Shown here in pieces: positions 1 through 12,111 of a DNA stretch of 64,000 nucleotides. The notes beneath the pieces were generated by a model, which was not told where the DNA came from, did not search any database, and saw only the letters and a program-made list of their open reading frames with translations. Positions within the stretch are counted from its first letter, which is position 1. Each line of letters opens with the position of its first letter. The position numbers and the translations under genes were made by a program. Source of the stretch: Octopus bimaculoides (Eukaryota); contig NC_068989.1 of assembly GCF_001194135.2 (NCBI RefSeq), forward strand, positions 88,587,267 to 88,651,266, in the 5' to 3' direction.

Positions 1-149
1 TGTGTGTATATATAAATAGGTGCTATAGAAAAAGGACTAACAATAAAAGTGCATTTGGTTCCCTTCTAAGTTTCAAATATCTTATGGTGTGTTCTATCCA
101 ACAGGATAATTCCTGATTGGTTCTAGCACCAAGATGACCTAAAAAACGG

Positions 150-293
150 TTACAGTTGCGTTGGCCCTGAAGTTGCCAGAAGCTTCTGTAGCTTCTGAAG
201 GATTCTGGGTTCTTTATAGACTATGACGCCATTGGAATTACACCACTGGTCAATTCCCGATGTGGGCACTTCTGCTGAAATGTTGTATCGTAT
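150..293 (-). CDS. INPP1: INPP1 last coding exon (IRYNISAEV...QWCNSNGVIVYK...GPTQL*)
   Basis: Acceptor cttgcag|ATA, stop TAA at 152-150, 144 nt. The six exons sum to 1143 nt = 380 aa plus stop, in frame. Confidence 0.9.
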   Translation of the reverse strand: MRYNISAEVPTSGIDQWCNSNGVIVYKEPRILQKLQKLLATSGPTQL

Positions 294-490
294 CTGCAAG
301 AAGAAGAAATAATGGTTACACATGATGCATAGATAGTGGAAGCTGGGAGAAGGTAGTCGTTGGTGGAGTGACCTTTTCAGGCCCTCCTGAGTCCGCTGGA
401 TATAGTTGAAGGATCTACAGATCTCTAATGGCTGCAGAAGAAAAAACATAGATGGGAATGTGAACTGAAGATAAAAATGAAAAAATATCC

Positions 491-862
491 TGTGGTAAGT
501 AGCTTGCTTACCAACTACATGATTCCGGGTTCAGTCCCACTGCATGGCAACTTGGGCAAGTGTCTTCTACTATAGCCTCGGGCCAACCAAAGCTTTGTGA
601 GTGGATTTGGTAGACGGAAACTGAAAGAAGCCCGTCATATATATGTATATATATATATGTGTGTGTGTGTGTGTTTGTGCTCCTAGCATTACTTGACAAC
701 CAATGCTGGTGTGTTTATGCCCCCGTCATTTAGCGGTTTGGCAAAAGAGACCGATAGAATAATGACTAGGCTTACAAAGAATAAGTTCCGGGTTGATTTG
801 CTCGACTAAAGGCGGTGCTCCAGCATGGCCGCAGTCAAATGACTGAAACAAGTAAAAGAGTA
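491..862 (+). mobile_element. SINE family 1 (tRNA head, CORE-like CCTTGGGCAAGT, internal TA/TG microsatellite, GTAAAAGA tail), slightly 5'-truncated
   Basis: Collinear with many other copies in the window; B box GGTTCAGTCCC. Confidence 0.85.
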
Positions 863-1159
863 ACATAATGAACTCTACTTAAGGTACTTATGGACCAGAC
901 AGGGGTCTAGCTATGGGGGGGGGAGTCATCCCAAATTCTTATACAGATCTCACTACTCTACATTTCCATTGAATCCCCAAACAAATGATTTGTACTCCAC
1001 CTTTCGTTCAAAATATTGTTCCCTGTCCAATGAGTCATACATATGTTAACTTCTGTAGATTTGCTGCACTGGAAACCTGGAGTCTTAATGGAATCCACTT
1101 ATCATATTCTTTCAACAGTTTTGGGGTTAAAAACCTAAAGGTTGTTAAAAAAATATATA

Positions 1160-1340
1160 GGCACATAATTGGCTGTGTGGTAAGTAGCTTGCTTACCAAC
1201 CACATGGTTCTGGGTTCAGTCCCACTGTGTGGCACCTTGGGCAAGTGTCTTCTACTATAGCCTCGGGCTGACCAAAGCCTTGTGAGTGGATTTGGTAGAT
1301 GGAAACTGAAAGAAGCCCGTCGTATATATATGTGTGTGTG

Positions 1341-1410
<70 letters not shown>

Positions 1411-1607
1411 TCCCTCCAACATCGCTTGACAACTGATGCTGGTGTGTTTACGTCCCCCATAACTTAGTGGTTCGGCAATAGAGACTGATTGAATAAGTAC
1501 TAGGCTAACAAAGAATAAGTCCTGGGGTCGATTTGTTTGACTAAAGGTGGTGCTCCAGCATGGCTGCAGTCAAATGACTGAAACAAATAAAAGAATAAAA
1601 GAATAAC
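1160..1607 (+). mobile_element. SINE family 1, full length with expanded (TG)n
   Basis: A box TGGCTGTGTGG, B box GGTTCAGTCCC; the tail ends about 6 nt from the INPP1 exon 5 donor. Confidence 0.88.
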
Positions 1608-1613
1608 TTTTAC

Positions 1614-1968
1614 CTGATGAAGGTCGGGATCTCGTTTCAAATCTGTCACACAATCCTTGTAGCTTGCAATTCCACCACCCATTGCCATGAGAATGGCATG
1701 AAGACCACAGGTATCCCAGTGGTAAGTACTACCTTTAGTCACAAGGTAAGCATCAACTTTGTCGTCCAATACACACAAGGCCTTATATCCAGCACCAGCA
1801 GCATAACACAAACTAAACATTTCTTTAAGCTTTTCCTGAATACGTTGGTCTTCACTCGAACTAGTGACAATAACATTGTTCCCTGATTCTTTAGAATCTT
1901 CCTTATCACTAAAGAAATGGACTTTGGTGTCTCCATAGCAAATTCCCCAGATGTAACGGCTTTTCCAC
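1614..1968 (-). CDS. INPP1: INPP1 coding exon 5 (WKSRYIWG...AAGAGYKALCV...STYHWDTCGLHAILMAMGG...DLHQ)
   Basis: Acceptor ttag|G, donor CAG|GTAAAA, 355 nt (phase 2 to 0). Contains GAGYK and the WDxxG metal/lithium-site motif. Confidence 0.95.
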
Positions 1969-2207
1969 CTAAGTAAAATAGAAAAATAAAAAAGTGCATA
2001 AACAAAAACCAATTTAAAACAGAAAAGAGCACCAGGACCATTGGTGGGGCTTGAACCAGATATTCAGGGCTTGCCAAGCGAGCACATTACACGCTATACA
2101 ACAGAGTTACTCCTTTCTCTCAAATACCAACTTGAGATAGAAAAGAGCAAGATATCTATTGTGCAGGTAGATGACTACCTTGTATGCTTTCAATGAAGCT
2201 ACTGTCA

Positions 2208-2444
2208 ATTTCTTATTTCTTTATTGCCAACAAGGGGCTAAACATAGAGGGGACAAACAAGGACAGACAAAGGGATTAAGTCGATTACATCGATCCCAGT
2301 GCGTAACTGGTACTTAATTTATTGACCCCAAAAGGATGAAAGGCAAAGTCGACCTCAGCGGAATTTGAACTCAGAACGTAACGGCAGACGAAATACCGCT
2401 AAGCCTTTCGCCCGATGTGCTAACGATTCTGCCAGCTCACCGCC
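2208..2444 (-). mobile_element. SINE family 4 (GGCGGTGAGCTGGCAG head), subfamily with TAATCCCTTTGTCTGTCC tail
   Basis: tRNA-like A/B boxes (TGGCAGAATCG, GAGTTCAAATTCC); very similar copy at 54942-55152. Confidence 0.85.
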
Positions 2445-2777
2445 TTATCTGTCAATTTCTGCCAAATCCATTCACCAGACTTTGGTCAACCTGGGGCTAT
2501 AGAGGAAGACACTTGCCCAAGGTGCTGTGCAGAGGGACTGAACTCAAGACCACACTGTCTAGAAGCAAACTATTTAACCACACAGCCATATCTGTGCTTG
2601 TTTTATTATAAAATGATTATTAATGTAACTTAAAATATAGAGTGGTGGACTGACAGAAGCAATGAAATGACAGTAAAAACGCCTTGTATACCTTGAGGTT
2701 CTAAGTTCAAACACCACCAAGGTCAACTTTGTCTTCCATCCTTCTTGGGGTCAATAAATTAAGTACCAGCTGAGTAC

Positions 2778-3066
2778 TGTTGTTGTTTGTTCCTTCTCGA
2801 ACCATACCTGGTTCATAAGGGCCAGTTTCCCATTTCATTAGAGTATAGGCTCCCCACCTGGATGGGACGCCAGTTTGTCGCAGGTGAGCTGCTAGATGCA
2901 GGAGGAAAGAGTGAGAGAAAGTTGCAGCGAAAGAGTCAGAAGTTCGCCATTACCTTCTGCCGGAGCCGTGTGGAGCCTAGGTGTTTTACTCATAAACACA
3001 CATATTGCCCGGTCTGAGATTCGAACCCGTGATCCCGTGACCACAAATCCACCTACTTGCTAACCC
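2778..3066 (-). mobile_element. SINE family 5 (tRNA head GGTTCGAATCTC)
   Basis: B box on the minus strand; middle segment shared with 56705-57063. Confidence 0.7.
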
Positions 3067-3185
3067 TCCCTCCCTCTCAAAATCAGTTAAGCAATGGAGT
3101 CCAAAAAAGGAGCATCTGATATCATGGCCTCACCAATCGTTTCACTACCACTATGGGAATCTGACAAGAAAGAACAATCACCTAC

Positions 3186-3354
3186 CCATCGTCTTCCTGG
3201 TGATGGAATGGCTGGTAAGCGACACCAATAATTGGCAGACCGGTTTGTACATCATAGACTCCAATCAACACAGAGACACATTGCAGTCCTTCGGAAATAA
3301 CGTTATGTTCATCTGCTTTACTTTCAGCTGCTTGGATATATTGGGCAGTGGAAT
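3186..3354 (-). CDS. INPP1: INPP1 coding exon 4 (DSTAQYIQ...GLQCVSVLIGVYDVQTGLPIIGVAYQPFHHQEDD)
   Basis: Acceptor ccatag|AT completes the Asp of DPIDST; donor GG|GTAGGT; 169 nt (phase 1 to 2). VLIGVYD...P.IGV..QPF is typical of the family. Confidence 0.93.
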
Positions 3355-3564
3355 CTATGGGAAATAAAAAGAATACAGATTGAAAGAAGCATCACAAATG
3401 GTTTAAGATTTCCTATTTAGACCTCTCATACCTTTACATCACATCATATTGTGTTGAACAAATGGATATCATCATCATTGCCGTCATCATCATCGCCATC
3501 ATCACATTATCATCATCATTGTTGTCATCATCGTCATCATGTTAATCATCATCATCATTATCAT

Positions 3565-3790
3565 CGTTATCATCATCATCATTGTCGTTGTCGAAATTTA
3601 ACATACATGTTTTGTGCTGGCATGGGTTGGACAGTTCAACAGGGCGTGACAAGCCAGAGAACTGCATCCAGCTCTCATGTCAGCTTTGGCATGGTTTTTT
3701 AAAGCTGGATGCCCTCCCTAATGCCAATCACTTTACAGAGTGTACTGGGTGCTTTTTATTTGGCACCAGCGTCAGTGAGGTCACCAAGTA
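3565..3790 (-). mobile_element. RTE LINE 3' end, older copy
   Basis: GGATGCCCTCCCTAATGCCAA core and adjacent (CAT)n tail. Confidence 0.7.
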
Positions 3791-5026
3791 ACTTGCAATG
3801 CAGGACCCCTCAACTGAGGGGTAGTAGTAGTATTAAAGAGTGGGGGGCAGCTTTTTGCCGGGTGAAGGAAAGTTGAAGTATGACAAAGGAACAGAAACAA
3901 GTGTCTTGCAGTGGAAGAGATAAATGGTGACCCCTGCTGGAAAAGGAGAGAAGATAATGGTGAAGAGGTGCCATCAGGGTGTAATTCTTGAGTTACAGGA
4001 AGGTGAACACAAGTGACGTGATCCAGAGGAGTGGAAGAGTGAATGAATAGATAAGTTTGTGAAAATGGCCAAAGGTGCTAATTTCAGGCACACTTAACAA
4101 TTAAAATCGTTAAGGTTCATGACTCAAGCTGGCTAGAAATAACAGCTAAATCCCTCTCGTCTCACCCTAACCTTCATATAAAGGGAAGGTGACATGAGAA
4201 TTCAGAATAATATAGGACTGGATAAAGTGACCTTTAAACAAAGAAGCGAAATGGTCTTGGCACGAATGACTTTGATCACAGGTCTGCTCAATCAAGGCTT
4301 TGACTTGGAGCCAAAGCAACACCAACAAATGTTAGAGAAATAAGTTGTTTAACCCCAGGTAATCTCCACAACAGTTGACCTCCATCAGTAACTTGCAGTT
4401 GTTGATGGTGTTTAGCTCTGGCCTAGTTGAAACCTAAAAAAGCAATTTGTTTTGAACCAAGACAGCTCTGATTCAGCAGATCCTGCAGATAAAAGATGCC
4501 TTCCAGTCATGATCATCCACCCTGCATCCAACATTTTCCAGACGCTATTCTTCTGAGAGTTATGGCCCTTCACAATTCCCTCCCTTGCTATTTTTTTGTT
4601 GTTGTTGTTTTCTTTGTGCAGCAAATTTACAGAAAGTTTTGTATAAACAACTGCACAGAACTCTTTATGAAGTCTTTAAGTTGGAGAATTTGCTACATAA
4701 AATAGACTACAGACACTGCAATAGACTCCATGCCAAAGTAGCACTATGTATACGTGGTCTGATCAATGACAGACAAAGGTGAGCAGAGAATCTGCACCAA
4801 GAGTAAGTACCAAGCTGAAGAAAAGAAATTATCACATAAAGCACAACAGACCACGATCGTGGCCCAGATAGATGCATTTAATTTATGGACGTTTGTTGAG
4901 GTCTAATGTCACTTAAACACTCCGATACCTCCCAGAATGCAAGAGGACTAATAGTTCAACTAATGACTTTTCAGATGATGTAAAACTTGCAACCATTATA
5001 TGCTAAGAAGATATTTTAACTATTTT

Positions 5027-5230
5027 TCGTGCGGGTGACACGTAAAAGCACCCACTACACTCTCTGAGTGGTTGGCGTTAGGAAGGGCATCCAGCTGTAG
5101 AAACTCTGCCAAATTAGATTGGAGCCTGGTGTTGCCATCCGGTTTCACCAGTCCTCAGTCATATCGTCCAACCCATGCTAGCATGGAAAGCGGACATTAA
5201 ACGATGATGATGATGATGATGATGATGATG
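5027..5230 (+). mobile_element. RTE LINE 3' end, young subfamily, (GAT)n tail
   Basis: GGTTGGCGTTAGGAAGGGCATCCAGC core, CCATGCTAGCATGG palindrome, (GAT)n. Confidence 0.85.
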
Positions 5231-5527
5231 TGAGCATGGTAGTCTCATTTTCATTAAAATGTGCTCAGTAATCCATGCTATGTAAGTGCAAATCCCAGCG
5301 CTTTATGGGTGAAGTATTGAGGTGGATTCATTCAGTTAAAAAATGATGATGATATATATGATAGCTTGGGTCTTAGTTTTAGAATAAGTATGCTGTGACC
5401 CAGTGTGTTATGGGTCTGGCACAGGAAAGGCAAATAATGGTAAAGTAATGCCACAAGAAACCAATGCAACCCATGCATAAAATGGTGACACTTCACATAC
5501 ACCAAGACACACACAAACATATATGTC

Positions 5528-5726
5528 TTTTTATTCTTTCATCTGTTTCAGTCATTTGACTGCGGCCATGCTGGAGCACTGCCTTTAGTTGAACAAATCG
5601 ATCCTAGGACTTATCCTTTGTAGGTCTAGTACTTATTCTATCGGTCTCTTTTGCCGAACCACTAAGTTACGACAACGTAAACATACCAACATCAGTTGTC
5701 AAGTGATGATGGGGGAACAAGCACAA

Positions 5727-5758
<32 letters not shown>

Positions 5759-5921
5759 GATGAGCTTCTTTCGGTTTCCGTCTACCAAATCCACTCACAA
5801 GGCTTTGGTCGGCCCGAGGCTATAGTAGAAGACACTTGCCGAAGGTGCCATGCAGTGGGACCGAACCTGGGACCATATGGTTGGTAAACAAGCTACTTAC
5901 CACACAGCCACTCCTGCACCT
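5528..5921 (-). mobile_element. SINE family 1, full length
   Basis: Reverse complement of the 1160-1607 structure. Confidence 0.88.
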
Positions 5922-6456
5922 ACACACACACACACACACACACACACGTATATCATTAATTAGTATGCTCTGTAGTGAGAGAGACAAGGTTTAGTAAGAA
6001 TTACTACTAGATTATGTTTCTATGAAGTTAAGACAGATTATATATATATATATATATATGAAATTAGTAATCTCTATAGTAAGACAGACTAGGATTAGTA
6101 AGAATCACAATTTTATAATAATGCATTAATGAATTTATGGAACCAAAATAGGACAGGTTTTCTGAGCAAACAGTATTATTATCTCCCCTTCCAACATCAA
6201 GAGATTAACACGTTATAGTATCATTAATATATTAGTTTATAAGTTACTATATTTAACTGTGAAACATTTAAAACCTACCTATGGCAATGTTTATGTCTAA
6301 CACTGGTACAAGGCTAGAAATTTTGGATGAGGGTAATCTCAACAAAATACAGGATAGTTACTACTGCTGGATCAGCTTTTGGGGTTAAACAATAACATAT
6401 ATACATATATATATATGTATGTATGTATATGTGTGTGTGTGTGTGTGTGTATATAT

Positions 6457-6489
<33 letters not shown>

Positions 6490-6945
6490 GTTTAACGTCT
6501 GCTTTCCATGCTAGCATGGGTTGGACGATTTGACTGAGGACTGGTGAACCAGATGGCTACACCAGGCTCCAATCTGATTTGGCAGAGTTTCTACAGCTGG
6601 ATGCCCTTCCTAATGCCAACCACTCAGAGAGTGTAGTGGGTGCTTTTACGTGCCACCGGCATGAAGGCCAGTCAGGCGGTACTGGCAACGGCCATGCTCA
6701 AAATGGTGTATTTTATGTGCCAGCCAGTCGAGGGGCACTGGCAACAATCTCGCTCGAAAATCCTTACACATGTCACGGGCACAAGTGCCAGAAAGACGAC
6801 GCTGGGCACAGGTGCCATCCCGATTTCGCATTCGCTTGCCCCAATAAGTCTTCGCAAGCTGAGTTTCATGTCCAATGAAGGAGACGATGTTGGCATTGGT
6901 GCCAGTCGTCGACTTTAGTTCGATTTCGATTTCCCTTGCCTGCAT
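6457..6945 (-). mobile_element. RTE LINE 3' UTR, long young copy with tandem subunits
   Basis: Same core as 5027-5230, plus extra upstream subunits. Confidence 0.85.
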
Positions 6946-7229
6946 ATAAATCGATCCTACACATTAGTCAGCCTCTAAAATTCTGAGGTATAATAAAGAA
7001 GATAGTAATGAAATTATTGTGTACAGTGCTCAGGTGCACTACAACTCATCAAAGATGCAGGTATAGTACACAGAATTATGTACAAAAGTCAGGAAAGTGA
7101 ACAGTGTAATTTGGTTGATGGAAACTGTGTGGAAGCATGTTCTATATGTGTGTGCTCGTGTCTTTGTTCACCACCACCACCACCAAACCACAACAACAAC
7201 AACAACCAATTGATTCAGCAAAAGTTATC

Positions 7230-7445
7230 TGGAAAGTCTGCAAACAAAGTAAGCATGTCCCTTAGTGGTTCATGATCTGTGCATCTCTGATCATGAGCGG
7301 GTGTAGTGGGGGCACATGATAGCCATGGGTTGAGAGCAATTCTTTGGGGTATGAATAGTTCACTTCTGGAAATATGGTTGTTTCATTCAACATCCTTAAA
7401 CAACCTTATTCAGGGACCTTTTGAGTGGAATGAGACACTCAACCT
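7230..7445 (+). mobile_element. Repeat family 6 (AAT-associated non-coding retroelement), partial
   Basis: Collinear with 8295-8790, 9933-10380 and 10410-10950. Confidence 0.7.
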
Positions 7446-7577
7446 GATGTAAAGAGCAAGAAAAACTATTACCTGAGCTATGAAATATTTCTTATCCTAG
7501 ACTGTGAGTTTTGGTTCAATAAGAAGCATATTTTCAAGCACAATACCAATTCCATGAGACAACAGGACATCATAATA

Positions 7578-8006
7578 ACCCTTTCTACTATAAGCACAAG
7601 GCCTAAAATTGTGGGGGAGGGGATAGTCTATTACATCGACCCCAGTGCTCAACTGGTACTTAATTTATTGACACTGAAAGGGTGATATGCAAAGTCAACC
7701 TCGGCAGAATTTGAACTCAGAAGGTAAGGGCAGACGAAATACCGCTAAGCATTTCGCCAGGTGTGCTAACGATTCTGCCATCTCACCACCTTCACAGGAC
7801 ATAATGCTTTCTGCGAAAGGCACAAGGCTTGGAGGGGACTAGTCGATTACATTGACTCCAAAGTTTCACTGGTATTTAATTTATCGACCCTGGAATGATG
7901 AAAGGCACAGCTGACCCCAGCAGAATTTGAGCTCAGAACTTGAAGGCGGATGAAATGCTGCTAATCATTTTGCCTTGCATGTTAACAACTCTGCCAGCTC
8001 ACTGCC

Positions 8007-8008
<2 letters not shown>
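7578..8008 (-). mobile_element. Two tandem SINE family 4 copies (about 7578-7792 and 7810-8008)
   Basis: Each has the TTTGAACTCAGAA / GCCAGCTCAC head signature on the plus strand; the second abuts (AAT)n. Confidence 0.8.
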
Positions 8009-8063
<55 letters not shown>

Positions 8064-8067
8064 TTAC

Positions 8068-8285
8068 GGTAATGGTGAGCTGGCAGAAACATGAGCATGC
8101 TGGGTGAAATGCTTAGTGGTATTTCGTCTGTCTTTACATTCTGTGTTCAAATTCCGCTCAGGTTGACTTTTCCTGTCATCCTTTTGGGGTCGGAAAATTA
8201 AGTGCCATTTGCGTACTGGGGTCGAACTATTCAACTGGCCTCCTCCCCCAAAATTTCGGGCCTTGTGCTTAGAGTAGAAAAAGAT
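8068..8285 (+). mobile_element. SINE family 4, CCCCCAAAATTT tail subfamily
   Basis: Head GGTGAGCTGGCAGAAAC; tail GGCCTTGTGCTTAGAGTAGAAA; similar copy at 18745-18958. Confidence 0.82.
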
Positions 8286-8294
8286 AATAATGTT

Positions 8295-8787
8295 GCCATG
8301 TATATGTTTTGTCTTGGTGTAAAAGATGGGCTACAGCAAATATTCTGCTCAATGACACAGATTTTCTTGTCAGTTGTCTGACCTTAACTAGTTGAGCATG
8401 TCCCTTAGTGGTTGACGACATGTGCATCTCTGATCATGAGCAGGAGTAGTGGGGGGAGCATCATAGCCATGTGATGAGGACAATTCTTTGGGGTATGAAT
8501 AGTTCACCTCTGGAAATATGATTGTTTTATCCAACACCCTTAAACAACCCTTATTCAGGGACCTTTTGAGTGGGATGAGACACTGAACCTGAAGAAAATT
8601 TTAACTGGGTCCCACCTGCAAGGTCATGCACTGTTTATCTTGATTTGAGATCACTCTGTCATGCACATATGGTTATGATGCATGTGCCTGGTGTACCCTT
8701 ATCAGATGAGTAATCATGATGGCTATACTGGGCTTCGTATATTTGTACTCCAATGTTACTTTGATACCATGCACTGTTCTCTTACTC

Positions 8788-8819
<32 letters not shown>

Positions 8820-8980
8820 CCCAGATGCAATACAAAGCAGTGGCTCTCATGACTTTTGATCTTAACTGATGTTTTGTCTTGGTATAAAAGATAGGCTATA
8901 CAGCAAATATTCTGCTCATAAGCGCAGATTTGCTTGTCAGTTGCTTGACTTTAACCAGTTGACCATGTCCCTTAACTTAT
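8295..8980 (+). mobile_element. Repeat family 6, one near-complete copy ending in (AAT)n plus a second partial copy
   Basis: Direct similarity to 9933-10380 and 10410-10950; (AAT)n at about 8789-8815. Confidence 0.8.
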
Positions 8981-8984
8981 CTCT

Positions 8985-9195
8985 GAAAATGTTTGAAAAA
9001 CTGAGCAAGTATAAGGACCTGGAGATCGAAATTAGAAAAATATGGCACCATAAAACAGTACCAAATATTATTGGGCGATTGGAATGATATGAAATGGAAC
9101 AAACATGTATGTAGAGCAAATCTCTGACAGCCCTAATTACAAAAGATCATCTATGAGTACCTCACATATTCTATGTAAATTCCTCTCCATCTAAA
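8985..9195 (+). mobile_element. Degenerate R4/Dong-like restriction-like endonuclease (RLE) C-terminus
   Basis: SLKMFEKLSKYKDLEIEIRKIW aligns with the 12112-12390 fragment. Confidence 0.65.
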
Positions 9196-9467
9196 TATAA
9201 CCTTACTCATTTCAGGTTTCTTTTTTTTTTCCTCTCACAGATATCAGAGGTGACCCACATTAGTTTGACCTCTAACCTTTGACTTGTCATTGAGATACAC
9301 ACACCACTATACCACAATAAGGACTGGATTTTGTGATGGATTCAATTTTTGATGTCTCCACATCAAATTTTCAATTGCTTCGTCAAACTTTAATGCAGCC
9401 AAACATAAAACCTAAAAACTAAGAAAACAATTTTCCACATTCCAAGGGGAAATTATTCAAGCGTTAC

Positions 9468-9614
9468 CAATTGGGTCAATCCAGATTCGAACTTTGTCCA
9501 GTTCAATTTCATCAAGCACTTGATCCAGGAGAGGATTATTTGCACTTTCTGGCTGGGAACTGATAGCTTGTGCCAAAAGACGGGCTGCTTCGTGGTTTCC
9601 ATGAAGGACTTGGC
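9468..9614 (-). CDS. INPP1: INPP1 coding exon 3 (QVLHGNHEAARLL...DKVRIWIDPI)
   Basis: Acceptor ttttag|GC, donor G|GTAACG, 147 nt (phase 1 to 1). Supplies the first half of the WIDPIDST catalytic motif. Confidence 0.93.
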
Positions 9615-9657
9615 CTAAAAAAGAGAGAGTAGCAGAAATAATAATAATAACAACAGC

Positions 9658-9699
<42 letters not shown>

Positions 9700-9910
9700 C
9701 CTTTCTACTAAAAGTACAAGGCCTGAAATTTTGGGGGAGGGGACTAATCGATTACATCAAACCAGTGCATAACTGGTACTTAATTTATTGACCTTGAAAG
9801 GATGAAAGGCAAAGCTGACCTTGGCAGAATTTGAACTCAGAACATAGCGACAGACAAATTACCACTAAACATTTCACACGATGTGCTAGTGATTTTGCCA
9901 GCTTGCTGTT
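9700..9910 (-). mobile_element. SINE family 4 flanked on both sides by (AAT)n
   Basis: (AAT)n at 9634-9699 and 9913-9933. Confidence 0.82.
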
Positions 9911-9932
9911 TTAATAATAATAATAATAATAA

Positions 9933-10950
9933 ATATTCTGCTCAATACCAGAGATTTGCTTGTCAGTTGCTTGGCCTTAACCAGTTGGGCATGTCCCTCG
10001 GTGGTTGACAATATGTGTCTCTCTGATTACGAGCAGAAGTAATGGGGGGAGCATCATAGCCATGTGTTGAGAGCAATTCTTTGCAGTTTGAATAATTCAC
10101 CTTTGGAATCACGAGAGCTTCATTCGACATCCTTAAACAACCCTTATTCAGGGACCTTTTGAGTGGGATGGGCTACTCGAGCTGAAGAAAATTCTAACTG
10201 TGCCCTATCTGCAAGGTCATGTGCTGTTTATCTTGATATGAGATCACCATGTCGCGCACACATGGTTGTGATGCATGTGCTTGGTGTACCCTTATCAGAC
10301 GGGTAGTCATGATGGGTATATTGGGCCTCATATATTTGTACCCCCGTGTCACTTTGATTTCAAGTGCTACTTTCTCACTTATAATAATAATAATAATAAT
10401 AATAATATTGATTGGAAGTGTTATCATGTACATTGTTTTGTCTTGGTATAAAAGATGGGCTACAACAAATATTCAGCTCAATACCACAGATTTGCTTGTC
10501 AGTTGTTTGACCGTAACCAGTTGAGCATGTCCCTTGGTGGCTGACGATATGTGCATCTCTGATCACGAGCAGAAGTAGTGGGGGGGAGCATCATAGCCAT
10601 GTGTTGAGAGGAATTCTTTGGGGTTTGGATAATTCACCTTTGGAAACATGGGTGTTTTGCTCAACATCCTTAAACAAACCTTATTCAGGGACCTTTTGAG
10701 TGGAATGGGCTACTCGACCTGAAGAAAATTCTAACTGGGCTACACCTGCAAGGTCATGCACTGTTTATTTTGATATGAGGTCACCATGTCACTGTTTATT
10801 TTGATATGAGGTCACCATGTCACGCACATATGGTTGTGATGCATGTGCCTGGTGTACCCCTATCAGACGGGTAGTCATGATGGGTGTATTGGGCTTCATA
10901 TATTTGTACCCCAGTGTCACTTTGATTGCAAGTGCTACTTTCTCACTTAT
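9933..10950 (+). mobile_element. Two tandem repeat family 6 copies separated by (AAT)n (10381-10407)
   Basis: About 450-540 bp direct repeats; the second has a 31-bp internal tandem duplication at 10759-10820. Confidence 0.85.
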
Positions 10951-11643
10951 AATAATCCATTCTACCACAGGTACAAGGCCTGACATTTGGGGGAAGGGGA
11001 CTTGTTGATTACATCAACCCCAGTGCTCAGTTGGTACTTATGTTATTGACCCTGAAAAGAGGAAAGACAAAGCTGATTATTTCTACATTAAGGTGGCTAG
11101 TAATGTCTTTATCAACAAAGCCATAGGTGCCAATTATGAAGGCATGGCTCAGTGGCTAAGAAATTTACTTAGCAATCATGAGTTCATGGGTTTAATCTCA
11201 AAGTTTATGAGTAACTTTATGATGAGGGAAACTGAGGGGAAGCCTGATGGATGGACAGTACCTCTATTTTGTTGAGTATTTCATTAAGGGTCCAAGTATC
11301 TTGAAAGGTATGTTACATATATTGGTTATAATAAATGATTTGACAGAAATCCATGGTAAGGGCTTCTTTCAGTTTATATATACCAAATCCATTTACAAGG
11401 CTTTGTTCAACCTAGGGCTACAGTAGAAGACACTTGTTTAAGGTGCCATACAGTAGGACTGAACCTAAAACCATGTGGTTGGGAAGCAAACTTCTTAACC
11501 ATAAAACCACACCTGTGTGAATAAGTCAATAAACAACCAGTGTGAAGACCTGCCTCTTGCCATCTCAAATCCCCGTCTTCAACCTGTTTCTATAAATTAA
11601 CCCTCATCACAACACTGTGTGTCTGCTGCCATATTTCACTTAC

Positions 11644-11761
11644 CTAGCAATTCCACATTTTTCTCTTGGTCTGGCTCGATAGTCACACAGATCGTTTCAC
11701 CCAGGGCATTTGTAAATTTATTGCTTTCCTCACCATACAGGTTCTTACCAAGTCCAGGGAA
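11644..11761 (-). CDS. INPP1: INPP1 coding exon 2 (FPGLGKNLYGEESNKFTNALGETICVTIEPDQEKNVELL)
   Basis: Not in the ORF track; found by hand. Acceptor tctctctag|TTC, donor G|GTAAGT, 118 nt (phase 0 to 1). Contains the metal-binding GEES motif. Confidence 0.93.
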
Positions 11762-11849
11762 CTAGAGAGAAATATATATATTGAGATATTACATTGATCA
11801 CAGCATGGTTCAAACAAACAATAAGTAGATTCAACAAGTAAAAGAACTG

Positions 11850-12100
11850 GTGCTGTGAGCCACGTAAAAAACATTGATGGTGCCACATAAAAAACACTCA
11901 TGCTGGCTCCATGTAAAAAGGCCCAATGCTGGTGCTACATAAAAAGCACCCAGTACACTCTCTAAAGTGGTTGGCATTAGGAAAGGCATCCAACCATAGA
12001 AACCATGCCAAAATAGATAATTAGAGCCTGGTGTAGCTCTCCAGCCTTGCCAGCTCCTGTCAAACCATCCAACGATGCCGGCATGGAAAATGGATGCTAA
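11850..12100 (+). mobile_element. RTE 3' end, older copy with about four short TAAAAA subunits
   Basis: GGTTGGCATTAGGAAAGGCATCC core; repeated CAC(G/A)TAAAAA units. Confidence 0.7.
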
Positions 12101-12111
12101 ATAATAATAAT

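Noticed and set aside
1614-1650. CTGATGA hammerhead-like heptamer in INPP1 exon 5; CTGAAGA in family 6 copies (about 8589, 10182, 10719)
   Set aside because: No helix II followed by GAAA and no helix I partner; chance matches.
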